Assembly (NCBI GenBank): GCA_035630155.1
Contig: DASQLH010000344.1
Location: forward strand, 2,880-66,879
DNA length: 64,000 nt
Reading direction: 5' to 3'
DNA from: Chthoniobacterales bacterium
GTDB taxonomy: Bacteria > Verrucomicrobiota > Verrucomicrobiia > Chthoniobacterales > UBA10450
Shown here: positions 58,262 to 64,000 of the stretch, in pieces
Layout of the letters: every line of letters starts with the position of its first letter
Numbering within the stretch: position 1 is the first letter of the stretch
The notes under the pieces: model-generated
What the model saw: the letters and a program-made list of their open reading frames with translations, nothing else
Database searches by the model: none
Told to the model about the DNA's origin: nothing
Position numbers and translations under genes: made by a program

Positions 58262-59311
58262 TCAGGAAAGCGGAATGTCTGGCGGTGGCGGCGACTCCCA
58301 AGTGTCGATTAGCGTCCGAATTTGTGCATCGAGAGCTTCGATGAGTGTCTCCACTGCACGTGTAAGTTCGGCTACTGCATCAGCCGTTATCGATATCGTT
58401 TTGCCGTCCTTCGTAAAACCGTTTCGATGCACTAAATCGTGTCTAATTAGGATCGCTTTGAAAATATCCCCGATTCCCCGGGGGAACTCCACGCCCAACA
58501 CTGTTGCGTACATCTTGCGAACTTTTTCGAGCCGATGAAACGGAAACACGCTTAGATGCTCCGATACAATTTCGTGAACTTTGTCAAGATGCTGAAACAG
58601 TTGCGACACGCTCAGCGAACGTTCCTTGAAACTGGGCTCGGATTCTACGAACTTTCGGAAAAGGCTCGGGTATTTATTTATCAGTGATATGAAAACGTCT
58701 GATAGATATGCCTCTAGCACGGTCACTGCGTTCGCATATAGCAGCGCCAGCAGCGTCAGCAGCGCAGGCTTCTCAGTCGCACCGACGTGTAATGCAGCGA
58801 GCCTCCGAAGCGTGTCGATACTCGCCTCGAATCGTTGAAAAAATTCAGACGCAGAATAGTCTAGGTCGAAGTCTTCACGCCCCGGAACCGATGCCCACTC
58901 AGTCGTACCCTCTTCGGATTCTAGCTCCTGTGCGACAGCTTCGATGAAATTTTCTGGGACACACTGCCCGAATTCTGACCAAAGAATTTCTTCGGCATCG
59001 TGCGGTCCGCCCCAGATGTAAATATAACCACCCTCCGCTGATTCATATGGCGTGTTCTCCGCGGGATTTTCGTACCGCTGCCGGAACCAATGCTTGATTA
59101 TGCGCTTCTGATGCGCTGGCCCCAGCTCTGCGAATTCTGTCGCGTTGTACTCAGCACCTGTCTCTGGATCGAAGTATTCTGACATCGCCGAAAGCGGGTC
59201 GACAGTACAACTGTCGTGGGCGCTTTCAAGCAACAGGTCAAAATTGCGCCGGAATGTACGACAACTACGTTCAGACAGAGGCGGGTCTGTTTCCGACGAG
59301 CATGAGCACAT
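58262..59311 (-). CDS. hypothetical protein with a C-terminal HEPN-like (Rx4H) domain
   Basis: 349-aa ORF, with an alternative ATG at 59185 (MSEYFDPETG). The C-terminal all-helical region ends in ILIRHDLVHRNG (R-x4-H, encoded at 58427-58444), as in RiboL-PSP/Abi-type HEPN domains. I do not recognise the acidic N-terminal ~170 aa. Confidence 0.6.
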   Translation of the reverse strand: MCSCSSETDPPLSERSCRTFRRNFDLLLESAHDSCTVDPLSAMSEYFDPETGAEYNATEFAELGPAHQKRIIKHWFRQRYENPAENTPYESAEGGYIYIWGGPHDAEEILWSEFGQCVPENFIEAVAQELESEEGTTEWASVPGREDFDLDYSASEFFQRFEASIDTLRRLAALHVGATEKPALLTLLALLYANAVTVLEAYLSDVFISLINKYPSLFRKFVESEPSFKERSLSVSQLFQHLDKVHEIVSEHLSVFPFHRLEKVRKMYATVLGVEFPRGIGDIFKAILIRHDLVHRNGFTKDGKTISITADAVAELTRAVETLIEALDAQIRTLIDTWESPPPPDIPLS

Positions 59312-59326
59312 GCACTTCAGTTGCGA

Positions 59327-59518
59327 TCAGGACTGACGCTCGCTGGCGTGCAAGAGCGCGACTTGCTTCCGGCCGAGCCAGACGGTGAGGAAGCGCCAGA
59401 TCACGGCCAAGGGCACGGCGACGAAGGAGAGTCCGGTGAGGCCGAGGCTGAGGAAGGACAGAAGTGACAGGACGGAGGTCGGCGGGCGGGAAGCAGAGGT
59501 TCGCCATGGCGAATCCAT
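59327..59518 (-). CDS. possible small hydrophobic protein (63 aa)
   Basis: The ORF translates to SVLSLLSFLSLGLTGLSFVAVPLAVIWRFLTVWLG (one or two TM helices). It lies just upstream of, and co-directional with, the HEPN-like gene. There is no other support and it could be spurious. Confidence 0.25.
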   Translation of the reverse strand: MDSPWRTSASRPPTSVLSLLSFLSLGLTGLSFVAVPLAVIWRFLTVWLGRKQVALLHASERQS

Positions 59519-59552
59519 CCGTTGGCGGATCGGAGGTCAGATGGATCGATCG

Positions 59553-59596
59553 GAACTGAAAGCTTCCCAATGGGAAGGTCAGCGAGGATGGAGGAT
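59553..59596 (+). repeat. local dispersed repeat E, copy 1
   Basis: GAACTGAAAGCTTCCCAAT (59553-59571) and AGCGAGGATGGAGGAT (59581-59596). These match 60296-60314 (one mismatch) and 60331-60346 (identical). Confidence 0.75.
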
Positions 59597-59714
59597 GGCG
59601 GAGGGTTCTAGAAGTAGAAATTAGAAAGTAGGAAGTAGAAGACGGGATTCGCCTGCGCTGAGACTCCGGCGTGGCAAGACGGAGGGCAGAGTGCCGGCGG
59701 CCCGAAGGCGCGAA

Positions 59715-59757
59715 AATTCCCGATCGCGCGATGCTAGATCAATTCCTGGAATGGTCG
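59715..59757 (+). pseudogene. relic fragment of a second DUF433 gene
   Basis: GCGCGATGCTAGATCAATTCCTGGAATGGT matches GCGCGACGCTAGACCAATTCCTGGAATGGT inside the intact DUF433 gene (about 60571-60600) at 27 of 30 positions. It would encode ..MLDQFLEW.. and then diverges. Confidence 0.6.
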
Positions 59758-59758
59758 A

Positions 59759-59971
59759 TCAGCGCTTGGCTGCTGCAAGAGGAATGTGGCTGGTGACAAG
59801 TTCCCGCAGGTCGAGTTTCTTGCTCGCGTGGTCGATATCAATGCCCGCCAGATTGCCTTCGGCATCGTAATCCAGAACAACGCCCGCGGAAACTTCTTGG
59901 CTCTCAACACTCGGCTTCTCTGAAAGATCGATGTAAAGGGAATCGGTCTCGGGAAAATAGTTCAGTTTCAT
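59759..59971 (-). CDS. DUF2283-family protein (putative antitoxin partner of DUF4258)
   Basis: MKLNYFPETDSLYIDLSEKPS...VVLDYDAEGNLAGIDIDHASK is the canonical DUF2283 pattern. ATGA-type 4-nt overlap with the upstream gene. Confidence 0.8.
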   Translation of the reverse strand: MKLNYFPETDSLYIDLSEKPSVESQEVSAGVVLDYDAEGNLAGIDIDHASKKLDLRELVTSHIPLAAAKR

Positions 59972-60210
59972 GGCTGGAAGCGACGGTCTAAGAATGCGTT
60001 GTGGATGGTGAGCCTATCGGAAAGCGTCACAACTCGCAAGAACCGTCCTTGCAACTCGTCCACGGCGCCCCAAAACCGATAACGATCCTGCTCTTGGAGT
60101 TCGACGCGAATCGGTGAGCGCACGACTCGCACGCACATCTCCTTGGTCAGGTACGGTCGTTTGCGCATGACCTGGGTTTCGAAGTACGAGGTGAATTCGT
60201 AGTCGGGCAT
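59968..60210 (-). CDS. DUF4258-family protein (putative toxin)
   Basis: 80 aa. Its size, genomic pairing with DUF2283, and the ...RFLRVVTLSDRLTIHNAFLDRRF C-terminus are consistent with DUF4258. Confidence 0.65.
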   Translation of the reverse strand: MPDYEFTSYFETQVMRKRPYLTKEMCVRVVRSPIRVELQEQDRYRFWGAVDELQGRFLRVVTLSDRLTIHNAFLDRRFQP

Positions 60211-60295
60211 GCGTGCATCGTATCAGAAATCGGTTGCGGGTTGCCAGAGCGGACGCCAGTTCCTTCCACGTCGACCTTCAAGGTGAAACGGATCT

Positions 60296-60346
60296 GAACG
60301 GAAAGCTTCCCAATTAAACCGGAGAGTGGAAGCGAGGATGGAGGAT
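60296..60346 (+). repeat. local dispersed repeat E, copy 2
   Basis: See copy 1. It is followed by a 13-nt direct repeat CAGAGGTCGG(A/C)AGC occurring twice (about 60362-60395). Confidence 0.75.
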
Positions 60347-60449
60347 CGAGAATGGCGAAGACAGAGGTCGGAAGCCGGAGATCAGAGGTCGGCAGCGAAA
60401 GCGGAATCTCTGATTGCTCCCGACAGTGGCGGCGACTAAACTTTCGATC

Positions 60450-60746
60450 ATGCTCGATTGGACAAAGTGCACAGCGGTCGAACGCTCCCCGGCGCGAGTA
60501 AGTGGCGCCTGGGTATTTCGCGGGACGCGCGTGCCGGTAAAGGCGCTGTTCGAGAACCTGGAAGATGGCGCGACGCTAGACCAATTCCTGGAATGGTTTC
60601 CCGGCGCGACCCGCGAGCAAGCTCTGGCCGTCCTGGAGTTCACCGAGGGTGACGTTGAGCGAATTCTGGTAAATCGCCTGGCGGGACCGTTTAAGCCGTT
60701 GGAAACGGATTGGAGAGAACGCGTGCGCCAGTCCGCGGCGAAATAG
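60450..60746 (+). CDS. DUF433-domain protein (antitoxin-like HTH), no adjacent toxin
   Basis: The ATG at 60450 gives MLDWTKCTAVERSPARVSGAWVFRGTRVPVKALFENLEDGATLDQFLEWFPGATREQALAVLEF, matching the DUF433 pattern (G.p.i.GTRipV..l...l..G.s...il..yP.lt.e.i.aaL.y). Confidence 0.75.
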   Translation: MLDWTKCTAVERSPARVSGAWVFRGTRVPVKALFENLEDGATLDQFLEWFPGATREQALAVLEFTEGDVERILVNRLAGPFKPLETDWRERVRQSAAK

Positions 60747-60761
60747 CGGTGAGGCTGCTAC

Positions 60762-60806
60762 TATTCGCCATCCTCAATCTTCCATCCTCGCTGATCCTCT
60801 TCCGCG
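60762..60806 (-). repeat. local dispersed repeat E, copy 3 (inverted)
   Basis: The reverse complement of 60777-60792 is AGCGAGGATGGAAGAT, a 15/16 match to the E core. The flanking GAGGATGGCGAA also matches copy 2. Confidence 0.65.
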
Positions 60807-60834
60807 CTACCATCTACCCTTTAGAGGAAAAACC

Positions 60835-61818
60835 ATGAGCCAAGGCTCGCGTGTCCGCGGCGTTCTGGCTCCTGTTGTCACTCCGTTCCGAGCCGATTTC
60901 TCGCCTGATAAAGAACGTTTTATCGCGCATTGCCAATGGCTGCTTTCGCAGAACTGCGGGCTGGCGGCGTTCGGCACCACCAGCGAGGCGAACTCGCTGG
61001 CGGCCGAAGAGCGCTCGACGCTACTCGATGGCCTGGTCGCGACCGGAGTCGACACGTCGCGCATGATGGTGGGAACCGGTTGTTGTTCGATCACGGAAAC
61101 AGTCAGACTCACGTCGCAGGCGGTAAAGCATGGTTGCGCAGGTGTCTTAATGCTGCCGCCTTTCTATTACAAAGGTGTCAGCGAAGAAGGTCTCTACCGC
61201 TATTCCAGCGAGGTCGTGCAGCGCGTCGGCGATCCACGGCTGAGAATTTATCTATACCATATCCCGCCGGTGGCGGTGGTCGGCATTACACCGGGCTTGG
61301 TCGAGCGCCTCCTGAAGTCGTATCCCAACGCCATCGCCGGGATGAAAGACAGCTCGGGCGATTGGAACAACACGAAGATTTTCCTCGACGCGTTCGCCGA
61401 GTCCGGTTTTGACGTGTTTGCCGGCAGCGAATCGTTCCTCCTCGCTAATATGCGGAATGGCGGCGCCGGCACTATTTCCGCGACCGCCAACGTTAACCCG
61501 GCCGCAATTCACAAGCTCTACGCGGAGTGGAAGAATGCAGATGCCGACGACCAGCAGGCAAACTTAAACGTCGTACGCGACGCGTTCGGCAAGAAATACC
61601 CGATGATAAGCGCGTTGAAGCAAGGCATCGCGATCTACGCGAACGATCCGGCGTGGACGAAGGTGCGGCCGCCGCTGGTCGAACTCACGGCAGAGCAGGC
61701 CAAGACGCTCGCCGCGGAACTCAAAGCGATCTCCTTTACGATGCCGGGATTGAAGTGCGTGCGAAGCGAGGATGGACCTGCCCGCAAAGCTGCGCGTAGC
61801 GTTGCAGGCGGGGAATAG
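60835..61818 (+). CDS. dihydrodipicolinate synthase / N-acetylneuraminate lyase-family (class I aldolase) protein
   Basis: GVLAPVVTPF..., GLAAFGTTSEANSLAAEER, YLYHIPPVAVV and IAGMKDSSGD (Schiff-base Lys context). Confidence 0.85.
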   Translation: MSQGSRVRGVLAPVVTPFRADFSPDKERFIAHCQWLLSQNCGLAAFGTTSEANSLAAEERSTLLDGLVATGVDTSRMMVGTGCCSITETVRLTSQAVKHGCAGVLMLPPFYYKGVSEEGLYRYSSEVVQRVGDPRLRIYLYHIPPVAVVGITPGLVERLLKSYPNAIAGMKDSSGDWNNTKIFLDAFAESGFDVFAGSESFLLANMRNGGAGTISATANVNPAAIHKLYAEWKNADADDQQANLNVVRDAFGKKYPMISALKQGIAIYANDPAWTKVRPPLVELTAEQAKTLAAELKAISFTMPGLKCVRSEDGPARKAARSVAGGE

Positions 61819-61858
61819 AGATTGAGGATAGAAGTGCCGACCGGAGCCGAATCCGGAT

Positions 61859-63142
61859 CTACGATTCTCGGGCGTCGCTCCGTTTCCCCAGCCACCATCC
61901 GTTCACGGCCCAGACGGTCGCCACGATCGCGCCGATCAAGGCGACGGCGGAAGTGCCGAGCGCGCCGCCTTCCAAGGCGGTGCTCACTTGCGCGGTGATG
62001 GCGTCGGACCCGCGATAAACGGGGACGTCGATAACGTTCTTCGCTTTGTACTTGGTCTCGTTATCGACCCGGCTGAAAAGAATCTCGCGGCCGGGGCGAA
62101 CAAAAGCGTATTCGCCGACGCGGCGCAAAACGAACACCACGGCAAGAACGGCGAACGTGCCCACCGCGGCGAGGGAGAGGAAACCGAAAATCATGATGAC
62201 CGGCACAAGGGCCAGCAGGACGCTCAGCCCCAGGCGCGAAGCGATCCGCCCGGTGAGGAAGAGCTGACACAGGATCGTGAGCGCTTGCACGGTCCAATCG
62301 AGCGCGGCGAAAATCTTGGTCCGCTCCTGCGGATCGGCGAAGGTCTCTTTGACGAGCCGTAATTGCTCGAAGTAAAGAAACGTGTTAGCGGCCGCCAGAA
62401 GCACCACGAACAGGGCGATGGCCAACAGATAGGGCGATCGCAAGACCAGCATGAAGCCCGCGAACGGATTGCCGCCGATCGGCCGATCTTCCTGATGCCC
62501 TTCGCGGCGCCCCTTCCAAATCCTCAGCAATGCTTGCTGGCAAAGGATGGCCACGACGAACATCGCCGCGCCCACAAAAAGAACGCCGCTATTCCCTAGC
62601 CTGGACACGGTCAGATAGGTGATGCTGGGGCCCGCGAAAGCGCCGGCTGTTCCGCCTGCCGCGATGACGCCAAACAAACGCTTGGCCTGCCGGCTATCGA
62701 ATAGCTCCAACAAAAACGCCCAGAACACCGACGTGAGAAACAAGGCGAGAACACTGATGAAAACGTAAAAGAACTGACCGACGGCGATGCTGCCCTCATT
62801 GGCCCGCAGCACAATGCCGATGACGGCGAGGGAGACAGCGACGAATCCATAAATCAGCGGCAAGAACACGCTGCGCTTCAATCGTGCGACCAGCCAGCCG
62901 AAGACCGGAATGATGATAATCGAGCCGACTGACGTCCAAAGATAAAGATCGGCTACGCGATCACGGCCGAGAATGGTGCCGACGGTTTCACGGACGGGAC
63001 GCACGCAGAAATACCCGCCCAGGACGAAGAAGAAGAGGAGGAACGAGGCGATGACGGCGGGCATCTCATGCTTCTCGACCAAAGCGACTCGGCCGAGCAG
63101 GCGGCCGAACACAGTTGGATGCTTGGCGCGCTCAGCTTTCAT
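61859..63142 (-). CDS. MFS-like transporter (resembles the ATP/ADP-translocase-type / NTP exchange family N-terminus)
   Basis: 427 aa with about 12 TM spans. The N-terminal EKHEMPAVIASFLLFFFVLGGYFCVRPVRETVG resembles the TLC-family opening motif. Substrate unknown. Confidence 0.6.
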   Translation of the reverse strand: MKAERAKHPTVFGRLLGRVALVEKHEMPAVIASFLLFFFVLGGYFCVRPVRETVGTILGRDRVADLYLWTSVGSIIIIPVFGWLVARLKRSVFLPLIYGFVAVSLAVIGIVLRANEGSIAVGQFFYVFISVLALFLTSVFWAFLLELFDSRQAKRLFGVIAAGGTAGAFAGPSITYLTVSRLGNSGVLFVGAAMFVVAILCQQALLRIWKGRREGHQEDRPIGGNPFAGFMLVLRSPYLLAIALFVVLLAAANTFLYFEQLRLVKETFADPQERTKIFAALDWTVQALTILCQLFLTGRIASRLGLSVLLALVPVIMIFGFLSLAAVGTFAVLAVVFVLRRVGEYAFVRPGREILFSRVDNETKYKAKNVIDVPVYRGSDAITAQVSTALEGGALGTSAVALIGAIVATVWAVNGWWLGKRSDARES

Positions 63143-63267
63143 CGGGTCCCAAGCTCGCGAATATGCGATCTGAGTTCACGCACGACGATACGCTGGCGCA
63201 GAGAAGAAAAAAGGCGGCCCATCTGGAGTTCAAGATCTTATCATACATCATCGAAAATCCTGCAGCG

Positions 63268-63343
63268 CTGTAGCAACGGTCCCGCAGTTGCGGGATCGCC
63301 GTTTTTTGCGGGACTGCGCCTCGACATAGCGAGGCGGCTACAG
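63268..63343. repeat. intergenic palindromic repeat, copy C
   Basis: CTGTAGC (63268-63274) ... GCGGCTACAG (63334-63343), with inner hairpins CCCGCA-gt-TGCGGG and CGCCTCG-acatag-CGAGGCG. Confidence 0.6.
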
Positions 63344-63357
63344 CGTCGGATCGTTTA

Positions 63358-64000
63358 TCAAGTCGTGGCGGCCTCCTCCTTCCAGCGTCTTCGAAGATAG
63401 ATCGCGTTAATGATCCAGGCGATCGGATTGAAGCTGAGAATCGTGAGCGCGATCCAGGCCCAGGGACGGCGCTGAGCAAAGAACCAGGCGAGAACACCGT
63501 ATATGACGCCGCAAAGGAGAATGCCCATCAGACCGAAATCGAGCAAACGGCCAAGAAGAAGTCCACCGATGAACGCCATCATGCTGAAATAGTAGCCCCA
63601 TCGATAATTCCTCTTCTCCGGATTACGCTCGCGGAATCGGCGGTTGAAGACGAAGGCCGCGATGATTGGCACAATCAGGGCGGCCAGCGGAACACCGATG
63701 AGCCCAAGCGCGACCAAAACTGGCCCGGTCCTGCCACTCGTGGTTGCGGCGGTTCTTGGACTAGCCGGTGCAGCTTCGTTGGTCTCGCCGACAGTGACGA
63801 CGACTTTTCCCCGGGCGCGCCCCGTTTCGAGATACCGCATAGCCTCAGGCAGCTCATTAAAAGGATAAGTCTTGTCGATGACCGGCGTGACCTTTCCGGA
63901 CTGGATCAGATCGGCCAGGAACGTCAGGTCCTTTTGGTTCATCTGCGCCAGCATCCCGCCCACCTCCTGAGTCAGGAAGCGTTTTAGCCCAATCATTTTG
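63358..64000 (-). CDS. MDR-superfamily (zinc-type/quinone) oxidoreductase C-terminal part fused to a 3-TM tail; 5' end lies outside the window
   Basis: The frame is open to the window edge. LADLIQSGKVTPVIDKTYPFNELPEAMRYLETGRARGKVVVTV is the typical end of an MDR enzyme. It is followed by a Pro/Thr linker and three hydrophobic helices. Confidence 0.7.
   Translation of the reverse strand, partial: KMIGLKRFLTQEVGGMLAQMNQKDLTFLADLIQSGKVTPVIDKTYPFNELPEAMRYLETGRARGKVVVTVGETNEAAPASPRTAATTSGRTGPVLVALGLIGVPLAALIVPIIAAFVFNRRFRERNPEKRNYRWGYYFSMMAFIGGLLLGRLLDFGLMGILLCGVIYGVLAWFFAQRRPWAWIALTILSFNPIAWIINAIYLRRRWKEEAATT

Noticed and set aside
59597-59646. Purine-rich quasi-repeats (GAAGTAGAA / AAGTAGGAAGTAGAAG) as a possible mini CRISPR or microsatellite
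   Set aside because: Only 2-3 short degenerate units are present, with no spacer-repeat periodicity and no cas genes. It is better described as the AT-rich tail of repeat E copy 1.
59500-60810. Possible integron cassette array or attC sites (small promoterless TA-type genes separated by repeats)
   Set aside because: No integrase gene is present. The genes are not uniformly oriented. The repeats lack the RYYYAAC...GTTRRRY attC ends and the expected bulged-hairpin organisation.

Overview
GC-rich bacterial chromosomal window, densely coded on both strands. There are about 59 supportable protein genes, one tRNA, one clear pseudogene and several families of intergenic palindromic or dispersed repeats. 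I cannot assign a taxon from sequence alone, and all family calls come from motif reading by eye, not from searches.

Layout:
- 1-21.4 kb: a large envelope-glycan cluster. It holds GT4/GT-B glycosyltransferases, two polyprenyl-phosphate-type GT2 enzymes, a DegT-type aminotransferase, an SDR epimerase and methyltransferases. It also holds four very large polytopic membrane proteins, two of which are paralogues.
- 21.4-24.2 kb: cysNC-cysD with a tRNA-Thr(UGU) only 11 nt upstream of cysD.
- 24.3-45.4 kb: mostly housekeeping genes (trxB, mutM, mnmG, plsY, gpsA, purN, an rfaE-II-like gene, a lipid kinase). A tightly overlapped five-gene GT2 / MgtE-like / SDR / DUF2064 / methyltransferase operon sits among them.
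- 45.5-54 kb: a protein-scavenging island. It contains a secreted metzincin, a POT peptide transporter, an MtfA-like peptidase and a secreted S8 subtilase.
- 54-57 kb: SLC13 permease, DUF1801 protein, cupredoxin-like protein.
- 57-60.8 kb: a visibly more AT-rich, rearranged accessory islet.
- 60.8-64 kb: DapA-family lyase, a transporter and a partial MDR oxidoreductase.

Most interesting observations:
- The accessory islet starts at a truncated, frameshifted xanthine-dehydrogenase-family remnant. It carries a co-directional pair encoding an Rx4H HEPN-like protein and a 4-TM membrane protein, which is a candidate uncharacterised defence module.
- The same islet also carries a DUF4258/DUF2283 pair, a DUF433 gene plus a relic of a second copy, and a local repeat family.
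- An unrecognised ~110-aa C-terminal domain is shared by three proteins of the glycan cluster.
- A ~0.8 kb inverted repeat encodes a two-module C-terminal tail shared by the two unrelated secreted proteases.
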